A DNA stretch of 64,000 nt from Eubacteriales bacterium (lineage in GTDB: Bacteria > Bacillota > Clostridia > Lachnospirales > JAITVM01). The stretch is from the NCBI GenBank assembly GCA_031551135.1, contig JAVBOA010000015.1, positions 18,814 to 82,813 of the forward strand, in the 5' to 3' direction. Shown here in pieces: positions 1 through 8,429 of this stretch. Position numbers and translations under genes: made by a program. Every line of letters starts with the position of its first letter. Positions within the stretch are counted from its first letter, which is position 1. The notes below the pieces were generated by a model. That model saw nothing but the letters and a program-made list of their open reading frames with translations, ran no database searches and was not told the origin of the DNA.

Positions 1-1
1 T

Positions 2-460
2 GGTGCCGGCGGAACATTTCAGCAATATTTGTTCTTAGGCGACGGAATTTATTGGCTTATTCCGGTTCTGCTTGTCGGCGGATTGCCGAGTTTAATAATT
101 TTACTTCTATTTTGGCTAAATAGTTCAAAACACAAACGCCATAAAGACGCAGTTGCAAGTGGCGTTCACCTCAAAGCTATTGTTTTGGAAGCCGAATGGA
201 CAGGTATTATTTACAATAAACATTATCACGAAACAGAGTTGGAACTGGAATTTGACTATCTTGGGCAAACGCAAAAAGGAAAGGCTAAAATACTTTTGAA
301 TCCATGGGAAATGTTGCATTGCGGAGATGAATTGTACATTGCATACAATCCTAAAAATAGAAAAATAACTGTTTTGAATGATGACGATGAATTGAATATT
401 TCAAATGAAGGCGATGGCTCAATTATTTATATCAATAAAAAGAACGATAAGTTTAGATAG
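2..460 (+). CDS. Hypothetical membrane protein, possibly 5'-truncated by the window edge
   Basis: ORF track 29..460 starts at TTG, but the frame stays open back to nt 2. Hydrophobic segment IYWLIPVLLVGGLPSLIILLLFWL is followed by a soluble tail. Hairpin 468-494 lies downstream. Confidence 0.45.
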   Translation, partial: GAGGTFQQYLFLGDGIYWLIPVLLVGGLPSLIILLLFWLNSSKHKRHKDAVASGVHLKAIVLEAEWTGIIYNKHYHETELELEFDYLGQTQKGKAKILLNPWEMLHCGDELYIAYNPKNRKITVLNDDDELNISNEGDGSIIYINKKNDKFR

Positions 461-467
461 AAAAAGT

Positions 468-494
468 ATGGGATGGCGCGATTGGCCATCCCAT
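468..494 (-). terminator. Intrinsic terminator of the dlt-like operon (hairpin shared with the upstream + gene)
   Basis: ATGGGATGGC-gcgattg-GCCATCCCAT. The A-run 461-465 gives a U-tract on the minus strand. Confidence 0.7.
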
Positions 495-495
495 A

Positions 496-522
496 TAATA
501 CTATTTTCATATTGATAAGTAT
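496..522. repeat. Family 1 repeat, left-arm fragment
   Basis: TAATACTATTTTCATATTGATAAGTA matches the first ~26 nt of copies A and C. Confidence 0.55.
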
Positions 523-546
523 AAATTCATTTTATGGCTGTTTATC

Positions 547-2397
547 TCATTGATTAATCATCTCGGCTAATTCCTCTGAGCTTATATCATAAGCCGCATT
601 TATTCTGCTCAGGCCATACAAAGTATATGGCTTGTTTTTTGCAATTTTGGAGACTTTATTCTCGATTAAAAGCGTAGCGTCAAATCCAAGCGAACGGTAA
701 ATTGAATCCGACAGGATATTCGCTTTTCCGTAAGGATAAGCTAGAATATTCGAATCTATTTCCAATTCTTTGATAAATTCTTGATAGTCTTTTTCGATTT
801 CCGCAAAATATTCGCCTGTGCTTTCGCTGTTTTTTTTCAAAATTCCGTCACGGGATATTTCCGAATCGCCTTCGTTATGCATATCAAAAGTATGAAATCC
901 AAATTTAATTACACCCGAATCAAGCATCTCTTTCGCCTCTTTAAAATCAAAATGCGGTGTTATTTTTTTATCTGAATCGATATATTTATCACGCCCGAAT
1001 GACCAGCCGATTAAATTTATCGTGGCTTTCATATTCATTTCTTTCAAAATAGGATAAGCAAATTCATAATTACTGTAATAACCGTCATCAAAAGTTATAA
1101 TCAGCGGATTTTCGGGTAGATTCTCGATTTCGCCTTTTGCAAATTTTACGGCATCCTCCAAAAAAATTGTATTAAATCCGGCTTTTTTAAAAGCCTGCAA
1201 ATCTGAACGGAATTTTGATTCCGAAATAGTCGCAAGGTTCAGCTCGCCGCCGTCGGGAACAATGTGGTGATACATTAAAATCGGGAGTTTTATTTCCTCA
1301 AGATTTTCACGTGAATTCAAATCCACATATCCGCTTAAATCAAGCTTCGGCGCAAAAATCGAATTTATTTTTTCGCCGGCATTTTCAGAATTTATATATT
1401 CCCCGAAATTTTTGGGAATATAAACGGAATCGTCATTATATACTTTTGCTAGCATCATATCACCGACGAAATTTCTAAAATGCACAGAATCATAAAAAAA
1501 CCGCGGGTCGCCGCTGATATCGTTATAGCCGGAAAAAATCCAATAATCAGAAATCCTAGCCAATTTAATATAATATTCCTTGACTTTTTCCAAATCAAAA
1601 GATTTTAGCTCTAATTCGTAATTCGGTGACGCAATTAATTTAAAGCTAATGTTATTATCGGCGCATATTTTTTTTATTTCGGAAATCGATTCAATGCATT
1701 TATCCCCCAAATCCGTATCAGAAAAAGCCGGATTAGTCAAAAAAGTATTATCGCCGATTTGATTGACGTAGTCGTTTATATTAAGTATATTTTCTTTGTC
1801 GCGCTTGAGTTTATTATAAACACCCAATTCCTCGATAAAAACATTATTCTTTGTAGGAAGTTCCTCAAAAGGCTGAGCCAAAAAAGCGTTTATTTTATTC
1901 GCTGAATATTTTGGATTCATCGTAAGATATTTGTAATAAAAATCTGCCGCCGTGCCGTTTATTTTTCCGTGCATTTCTTCCTTAACGTCTTCCGATTGCT
2001 TATCATATGAAATCAATTCGGTAACGCCGATATTCAAAACAATATTTTCGACATTATAATTTTCGATAAAATATTTCACAGATTTTTCAATTTCTTTAAG
2101 GTCGATTCCGTAAACCATCATATTATAAAAATTTGCGTCCTTATAATATTTGTTTAAAGAGAGCGGCGAAATCGAGGAAGTTTTGGACGAACCGAAAATA
2201 TAGGAATCGTATTTTTGATAATTCTTGTCCAAATACCCGATTTTTGCGGTTTTGGGATTATTCGTCATATTATAGCCGTAAAAATTAAATATATAATCGC
2301 CAAAAACACCGAAAGGGTCAAAAAATATATTTATCGAAAAAATTGCAATAAACCCTATAATAATTCCGATTCCATAATTTAAAATAAATTTTTTCAT
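547..2397 (-). CDS. DltD-like membrane-anchored protein fused to a C-terminal NodB polysaccharide deacetylase domain
   Basis: ORF track 547..2487. Start moved to ATG 2397 (MKKFILNYGIG, N-terminal TM), 11 nt after the MBOAT stop. N-terminal half has a TM plus an IFGSSKTSS block resembling the DltD serine block. C-terminal half has NodB motifs LPILMYHHIV, ITFDDGYYSNYEFAYPILKEMNMKATINLIG, FGFHTFDMH and LAYPYG. Confidence 0.7.
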   Translation of the reverse strand: MKKFILNYGIGIIIGFIAIFSINIFFDPFGVFGDYIFNFYGYNMTNNPKTAKIGYLDKNYQKYDSYIFGSSKTSSISPLSLNKYYKDANFYNMMVYGIDLKEIEKSVKYFIENYNVENIVLNIGVTELISYDKQSEDVKEEMHGKINGTAADFYYKYLTMNPKYSANKINAFLAQPFEELPTKNNVFIEELGVYNKLKRDKENILNINDYVNQIGDNTFLTNPAFSDTDLGDKCIESISEIKKICADNNISFKLIASPNYELELKSFDLEKVKEYYIKLARISDYWIFSGYNDISGDPRFFYDSVHFRNFVGDMMLAKVYNDDSVYIPKNFGEYINSENAGEKINSIFAPKLDLSGYVDLNSRENLEEIKLPILMYHHIVPDGGELNLATISESKFRSDLQAFKKAGFNTIFLEDAVKFAKGEIENLPENPLIITFDDGYYSNYEFAYPILKEMNMKATINLIGWSFGRDKYIDSDKKITPHFDFKEAKEMLDSGVIKFGFHTFDMHNEGDSEISRDGILKKNSESTGEYFAEIEKDYQEFIKELEIDSNILAYPYGKANILSDSIYRSLGFDATLLIENKVSKIAKNKPYTLYGLSRINAAYDISSEELAEMINQ

Positions 2398-2408
2398 TTT
2401 AACACCCG

Positions 2409-3788
2409 CTAAAAATTCTGATATAAAAATGTGGACATTTCTCCAAGGCTGAAGATTGATAAAATTAAGAGTATTCCGGCAAGCCAAATCAAATATATTT
2501 TTTTATCGATTTCTTTTGATAATTGACGTGAATTTTTCGCATAAAAAGAAATAATTATTCCGACCGCCAAAATAAATAAATAATATATATTCGAAGCCAA
2601 ATAGTGCCGTATATCCAAATAATTATTAAAATTAAATAAATATTTCAGAAATAAAATATAATTCCTAAGTCCGTCAATTGAATATAAAGCCGCCGCAAAC
2701 AAAAGTATAATAATCGTTATAAATCTTGATAAAAATTTCGGGAGGATATATTTTTTTGTTGATCGCAGGGCGCAAACCGCTATAACGCACATAGAAAAGC
2801 CATGCAGTAAACCCCATAAAATATAGTTTATGCCCGAACCATGCCATAAACCCGAAATAAAAAAAGTTATCATAGTTGCGGCGCAAAAGCGTACAATTGA
2901 ATTTCCCGGTTTATAAATCACCGAAAAAACATATTCGTTTAGAAATTTAGTCAAAGAAATATGCCAGCGTTTCCAATAATCTTGGATATTTCGGGCTTTA
3001 TAAGGGGAATTGAAATTATCTTTCAAATCAATGTTAAAAAATAAAGAAGTTCCGATACTCATATCCGAATATCCCGAAAAATCAAAATAAAAAGCAAATA
3101 AATTTGTAAACATTCCAAGTAAAAGCGCGATAGAATTCGGCGATTCCAAAACCAAAGCGGATTTTGTGATTTCCAAAAGCGGATTCGCAATTAAAACTTT
3201 TTTTGCCAAGCCAAGCGAAAAAATAAAAAGACCTTTTTTGAAATTATCCGAATTAAATTTATTGAAATCCGAAAACTTAGGAATAATTTCGTTGTGTCTC
3301 GCTATCGGCCCCATTATAAATATCGGGAAATAAATCGAATAAAGCAAAAAATCCACAAATGAATATTCCTTTGCCTTGCCTCTGTAAGAATCGATAATAT
3401 ACGAAACAAAGCGAAACGAATAAAACGATAAACCGATAGGCAGCGCAAGCTTTAAAAAACTGATTTCCGTAGCCAAAAAACGGTTGGAAAGATTAATTAT
3501 AAAATCCGTATATTTTATAAAAAATAAAACGCCGATATTCCCCAAAATTCCAACAAAAAGCAGAATTTTAGATTTATATTTAAAAAGAATACGCCCGACA
3601 GCAAAATTAAATAAAGCCGAAAAGGCGAAAAAAATAATTCCGCTTTTGAAGCTGAATAAAAAATATATCGAAACGCCAATCAGCCAGATTTTATTAATCA
3701 GGCTGATTTTAAAAATATTTAGAATATAAAAAACAATTACCGTAATGGGCAAAAAATAAAAAATATATTCATTTGAGGCAAAAGACAT
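2409..3788 (-). CDS. MBOAT family O-acyltransferase (DltB/AlgI-like)
   Basis: Polytopic membrane protein with MBOAT histidine region YWKRWHISLTKFLNEYVF, followed by SGLWHGSG and LWGLLHG. It lies between the carrier-protein gene and the DltD-like gene. Confidence 0.9.
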   Translation of the reverse strand: MSFASNEYIFYFLPITVIVFYILNIFKISLINKIWLIGVSIYFLFSFKSGIIFFAFSALFNFAVGRILFKYKSKILLFVGILGNIGVLFFIKYTDFIINLSNRFLATEISFLKLALPIGLSFYSFRFVSYIIDSYRGKAKEYSFVDFLLYSIYFPIFIMGPIARHNEIIPKFSDFNKFNSDNFKKGLFIFSLGLAKKVLIANPLLEITKSALVLESPNSIALLLGMFTNLFAFYFDFSGYSDMSIGTSLFFNIDLKDNFNSPYKARNIQDYWKRWHISLTKFLNEYVFSVIYKPGNSIVRFCAATMITFFISGLWHGSGINYILWGLLHGFSMCVIAVCALRSTKKYILPKFLSRFITIIILLFAAALYSIDGLRNYILFLKYLFNFNNYLDIRHYLASNIYYLFILAVGIIISFYAKNSRQLSKEIDKKIYLIWLAGILLILSIFSLGEMSTFLYQNF

Positions 3789-3790
3789 AT

Positions 3791-4024
3791 TTAACCCTTC
3801 ATCTTTATAAACTCGACGATGTCGTTAACGGAATTAAATTCGTTTTCAACTAAATCATCGGGAGATATTTTTATTTTGTATTTTTTTTCTATAAAATTTA
3901 TAATGACTAAAGATTCGAGCGAATCCACATACCCGCCGCCGAATAAATCCGTTTCATTATCCAAATCATTTTCAAAATCCAAATCAAAGCGTTCTTCTAA
4001 AAATTTTCTGATTTCTTCGTGCAT
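3791..4024 (-). CDS. Acyl/aminoacyl carrier protein (DltC-like)
   Basis: 77-aa acidic protein with phosphopantetheine-serine context GGGYVDSLESLVIINFIE (compare DltC GLLDSFGTVELL). Its stop is 2 nt from the MBOAT start. Confidence 0.8.
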   Translation of the reverse strand: MHEEIRKFLEERFDLDFENDLDNETDLFGGGYVDSLESLVIINFIEKKYKIKISPDDLVENEFNSVNDIVEFIKMKG

Positions 4025-4040
4025 AAAATCCTCCTAAAAT

Positions 4041-4511
4041 CTAATCGTTTATCAGTTTGATAAAGGAAATATAATCCTCTGTAAATCCGGCGTTTTTATA
4101 AAAATTAACGGCGCGTGTATTTTTGACCATAGTATGAACCTGCATATATTCAATTTCGTATTCCGAAAAATACTCCCTCGCGCGCTCGATAAGCATTTTC
4201 CCGGTGTTTTTGCTTCGGCATGACTCATCAACAAAAAGCTCGCTGATATTTCCGATATATTTTGAGTTCTCGGCTTTAAATTTTATATTGATTTTGCTGA
4301 TATTTAAATTGATAAAACCAACGACTTTATTTTCCGATTCCGCCACAAATAATTTCAGAAATTTCGAATCCAAGGTAGCTTCCAAAATCTCTGTAAGATT
4401 GCCGGTATTTAATTTTAATACAAAGCCTTTTGAGTTTAAATGCTCATAAAGCTGAACGAACATTTCAAAAACTCTGCTTATGTCCTTTTCTTGCATTTCT
4501 CTGATTATCAA
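4041..4511 (-). CDS. GNAT family N-acetyltransferase
   Basis: 156 aa. CoA-binding type block LFVDESCRSKNTGKMLIERA and C-terminal AVNFYKNAGF. Sits 4 nt downstream of the adenylase stop. Confidence 0.8.
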   Translation of the reverse strand: MIIREMQEKDISRVFEMFVQLYEHLNSKGFVLKLNTGNLTEILEATLDSKFLKLFVAESENKVVGFINLNISKINIKFKAENSKYIGNISELFVDESCRSKNTGKMLIERAREYFSEYEIEYMQVHTMVKNTRAVNFYKNAGFTEDYISFIKLIND

Positions 4512-4515
4512 AATA

Positions 4516-6036
4516 TCACTTCCCGATATAATTTGATTTTAAATAAACACGATCCAATTTGCCGTTTGCATTAAGCGGGATTTTTTCCAAGCGTATGATT
4601 TTGCCGGGAATCATATAGTTCTGCAAAAGACGTTTCATTTTATTCAGAATTTCACGGTCTTTCACATCTCCGCAAATTTCTGCGAAAAGCACAATTTCAG
4701 CGTTTATATCATCATATAAAACACAGGCTTTTTCGATTTCTTCAAGCGATTGGGCGGCCACCTCGATTTCGCCAAGCTCAATCCGATTGCCCTTATGTTT
4801 TATTTGCGAATCTTTCCTGCCGAGATAAATAATTAAATTTTTGTTATTTTCGAAAACTAAATCACCGGTTCGGTAAATTAATTCACGGTATTTTTTATTT
4901 AAAGGATTCTGCATAAAAGCTTTGGAAGTAATTTCGGGCTCGTTGAAATATCCCAGAGCCAAGCCGGTGCCCAAAATGCAAAGCTCGCCGATTTCGCCGA
5001 TTTCGGCTTTTGTATTATCTTCTTTCAAAATCAAGGTCTTTGTGTTTTCGCAGGCTATCCCAATCGGCAACGGTTCGTTATCCGCAAAATCCTCATTTAC
5101 AATATAATAAGTGCAAACATCTGTTATTTCGGTAGGGCCGTATAAATTTGCGTAAAAAATATCCGATTGAGTTTTGCGCCAAATATTAAGCTGTTTATTC
5201 GGCATAACTTCGCCGCAAAACAGAACTTTTTTCAAAGACTTAAATTTTATTTCCGAAAGGATTCCCGAATTTGCAACATTAATAAGGACAGTCGGAACCC
5301 AGAAAATTAAATTAATATTTTTTTGCTCAATGTACTCGGGCAGTTTCACCGGAAAATTAAACAGTACCTCCGGAATAATAATCACTTTGCCGCCGCAGAG
5401 CATTGCGCCGTAAATATCCAAAATCGAATTATCGAAATGAAAAGGCGCTTGATTTCCGAAAATGGTATTTTCGTTCAAGTCAAATTTATTGACAACCCAA
5501 TGCGCATAATCAATAACTCCTTTATGCGGAATAACAACGCCTTTGGGCATGCCCGTCGAGCCGGAAGTATACATAATATAAATCGGGTCGGTATCAATTA
5601 TACTCATTAACGAATTTTCAATCAAATTTTCGTCAACAGGGCAACCGAGAGCCGTATCAAAAATAATTATTTCTGCATCAGATAAATCCGTATCTTTTTT
5701 TAGTCTTTCAGAGCCTGCCGAATCGGTGATAATTGCAGACGGCTTTAAATGAGAAATAATTTTCGAAAGTCTAGCCGACGGCATATTTATATCAAACGGA
5801 ACGTAGGTCGAGCCGCTGTATAAAATCCCCATAAACGAAATCAATGTGTTGCAGGATTTTGGTAAAAAAACGCCGATAAAGCCGTTTTTGTTTTTATTTA
5901 AAATATAAGAAGCAATTTTTTTTGCGTAATTTCGGTATTCAGAATAAGTATAGCTGTTTTGATTATCCTCAATAGCGGCTTTTTCTGCAAAATTTGTTGC
6001 TGCCTTGTCCAAAATTTTAATAGCCGATGAAAACAT
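4516..6036 (-). CDS. DltA-like amino acid adenylation enzyme (carrier-protein ligase)
   Basis: 506 aa with ANL motifs YIMYTSGSTGMPKGV, NQAPFHFDNSILDIYG, FCGEVMP, LYGPTEITD, YRTGDL and GRKDSQIKHKGNRIELGEIE. Length and motif spacing match DltA. Confidence 0.9.
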   Translation of the reverse strand: MFSSAIKILDKAATNFAEKAAIEDNQNSYTYSEYRNYAKKIASYILNKNKNGFIGVFLPKSCNTLISFMGILYSGSTYVPFDINMPSARLSKIISHLKPSAIITDSAGSERLKKDTDLSDAEIIIFDTALGCPVDENLIENSLMSIIDTDPIYIMYTSGSTGMPKGVVIPHKGVIDYAHWVVNKFDLNENTIFGNQAPFHFDNSILDIYGAMLCGGKVIIIPEVLFNFPVKLPEYIEQKNINLIFWVPTVLINVANSGILSEIKFKSLKKVLFCGEVMPNKQLNIWRKTQSDIFYANLYGPTEITDVCTYYIVNEDFADNEPLPIGIACENTKTLILKEDNTKAEIGEIGELCILGTGLALGYFNEPEITSKAFMQNPLNKKYRELIYRTGDLVFENNKNLIIYLGRKDSQIKHKGNRIELGEIEVAAQSLEEIEKACVLYDDINAEIVLFAEICGDVKDREILNKMKRLLQNYMIPGKIIRLEKIPLNANGKLDRVYLKSNYIGK

Positions 6037-6117
6037 ACTTATGCTCCTTGCATAGAGAGAATTCTTTATAATAGAATACTATATTTTTAAATTTTTTACA
6101 ATAATACTATAAAAAAC

Positions 6118-6146
6118 TTAAAAAAAACGGCGCATGCGCGCCGTTT
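6118..6146 (-). terminator. Intrinsic terminator after the tandem-NodB gene
   Basis: CGGCGC-atgc-GCGCCG stem flanked by an A7 tract (U-tract on the minus strand). Confidence 0.8.
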
Positions 6147-6255
6147 CAAATACAAAGCAGTTACAGGCCGCCAAAGGCGGCAATAAAGTTCTTTTGCTTC
6201 TTTTCTTTCAAGAAAAGAAGGCGGGTTTGGGTGGCAAGCCCAAATTTTTAAAGCT

Positions 6256-7764
6256 CTATTTAAATATATTCTTGAAATCATCAAAAGAAGTATTGCCGTA
6301 AACAGTTATACGGTTTAGCTTGTAAGGGTTCGTATTTCGGTTTACATAGCCTTTTTTTGTTGTGTACGCAAGCTTTATAGAAGATTCTTTAAGCATTTCA
6401 ATCACGCTTGGGCTGTAAACACCCATCGGATAGGCCAAACTGAATTTGTTGTCCGTAAACTCCGTGCTTTTATTTATATCTTCCAAAAGCGATTCTTTGT
6501 CCAAATAAACTGCGGGTGTTTTATTTGTGCCCGTGACTATTTCGTGCAGGTCGTACGTATGGCTGGCAAAAGTCACTAAATCTCTAACATCCGCAAAAGA
6601 TTCCCTTGCGATATAAACGGGCTTGTTCGGGTCAAACGGAGCTTGCTTTTCCTCGGTTCGTTTTCCGACAATAAAAAAAGTTGCGTGAAAATTATATTTT
6701 TTGAGTACGGGATATGCGTTTACAATACTGCTGAAATATCCGTCATCAAAATGCAGTAAGAAAGATTTTTTCGGCAGTTCCAAGCCGTCGTATAGATATC
6801 CGTATAATTGCTTTTCGGTAATTGCGGTATAGCCATTTGTATAAAGGAATTGCATTTGTTTTTCGAAATTTTCCAAACTGGTGACAGACGGATTTCCTTT
6901 ATAATTCTTATTTTCGGCGTCCGAAAGAATATGGTGATACAGCAAAATCGGTATTTTATCGGCATTCTCGTTTTCTTCTGTCAAATTACCGTCAACGATT
7001 TTTATAAAGCTTTCAATATCTGTAATATTATAAATAATATTTCGGTTTAATTCATATGGATTGGAATATTTATTTACATATCCGCTTTTTACAGTAAACG
7101 CCATTTTAACGCCCAAGTCCTTCAAAATTGGCATATTGGATTTTTTAAACTGACCGCGCGGATAAGCTAAAGCGCGTTTATCGGTTATTCTAAAACTCTT
7201 TAAGAGGTCTTGCTTAATTGTATCCTCATCAAATAACATTAATCCGGTATGGCCGTCATATTCTAAGCGGTGCATGTCGTTGGTATGGCTGCCGAACTCG
7301 AAAACATCGCGAACAGCGTCCAAGCTTTCTTCGGCTATCCAAGTAAATCTGGACGGGTCAAATTCGACTTGCTTTTTATGCACGACAGTAGTGATTAGAA
7401 ATATTTGCGCTTTGAAATTATATTTTTTTAGTATAGGATAAGCACGGGCTATATTAGAATAATAACCGTCGTCAAATTGAATCATGATTGACTTTTCGGG
7501 CAATTCTATACCGTAATATAAAAAGGCCTCAAGCTCGTCCAAAGTAACTGTATGGAAATTATTTTCATATAAATATTTCATTTGCGCTTCAAAGTCTTCA
7601 AGAGTGACTACACAAGAGTTGTAAGATTTGTTTTCTGCTTCTGACAAAATATGATGATAAAGAAGTATCGGTATTTGATTGAGTTTTTGACTTGCTGAAA
7701 CCTTACATTGAAAAATTGGCAGAAATAAAAAAGTGATTATAAACAACAAAAAAATCTTTCGCAT
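6256..7764 (-). CDS. Secreted protein with two tandem NodB polysaccharide deacetylase domains
   Basis: ORF track 6256..7815. Start moved to ATG 7764 (MRKIFLLFIITFLFLPIF signal peptide), preceded by GGGGAGG. Two modules each carry IPILLYHHILS, (Q/H)FDDGY(Y/F)S, AYP(I/V)LKKYNF, SHT..(M/L)H, LAYP.G and LNR. Confidence 0.85.
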   Translation of the reverse strand: MRKIFLLFIITFLFLPIFQCKVSASQKLNQIPILLYHHILSEAENKSYNSCVVTLEDFEAQMKYLYENNFHTVTLDELEAFLYYGIELPEKSIMIQFDDGYYSNIARAYPILKKYNFKAQIFLITTVVHKKQVEFDPSRFTWIAEESLDAVRDVFEFGSHTNDMHRLEYDGHTGLMLFDEDTIKQDLLKSFRITDKRALAYPRGQFKKSNMPILKDLGVKMAFTVKSGYVNKYSNPYELNRNIIYNITDIESFIKIVDGNLTEENENADKIPILLYHHILSDAENKNYKGNPSVTSLENFEKQMQFLYTNGYTAITEKQLYGYLYDGLELPKKSFLLHFDDGYFSSIVNAYPVLKKYNFHATFFIVGKRTEEKQAPFDPNKPVYIARESFADVRDLVTFASHTYDLHEIVTGTNKTPAVYLDKESLLEDINKSTEFTDNKFSLAYPMGVYSPSVIEMLKESSIKLAYTTKKGYVNRNTNPYKLNRITVYGNTSFDDFKNIFK

Positions 7765-8429
7765 AATGCCTCCCCACATTATTGTAATTTCAAAATCCCG
7801 CCGAATTTGCCGCAAAATTAAAGCGAAACAGTAAGCGAATTTAAGAAATCCATTTAAAGGTTTTAATGCCCTTTATTCTTATATATATTGAAGATTATCA
7901 AGCAAAACTTGAAAAAATTCTGCCATCATTATACATGAAAGACTTAAAATTTACAAGCTAAAAGTAAAAAATGCAATGATAGAAAGGATTATAAATTCTG
8001 CTGTCTAAAAAATAATTTTAATCTGAACTAAAAAAATACTATCGACAGATATTTGCATTTTATATTTACTGCGTATGATATCTTTTTATCAGTAACACTG
8101 ATTGTTATGTTTGCGGCTTCTGTGACAGCGCAATGGTAAAAAGTTTTTGCTATAACATGTATGTTACATTGTGTTTAAGAATTTCCCCCAATTCTTACAT
8201 ATTTTCAAAAGGCAAAATAAAGCTCCTCATATTTATTTTTGCAAAAGAGACAAATTGTGTTTGAATTTTTTCAAACACGGTCAAGCGAAAAAATTGCCGA
8301 GGCGGTTTTTTCGCTGAAACCTTTTGAAAGCAGCAGATTTTGGGATACGAAAATCGGACAAGCATCTATATTTTATAAAACTTATAATGTATAGGCTGAA
8401 TATACGAATGAGAAAACAGGAGGTATAAT

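Noticed and set aside
6096-6284. 62-aa ORF 6096..6284 and 83-aa ORF 10778..11029 as small genes.
   Set aside because: Both span hairpin or terminator-rich intergenic DNA, lack an RBS and have odd composition. The first is entirely made of four stem-loops.
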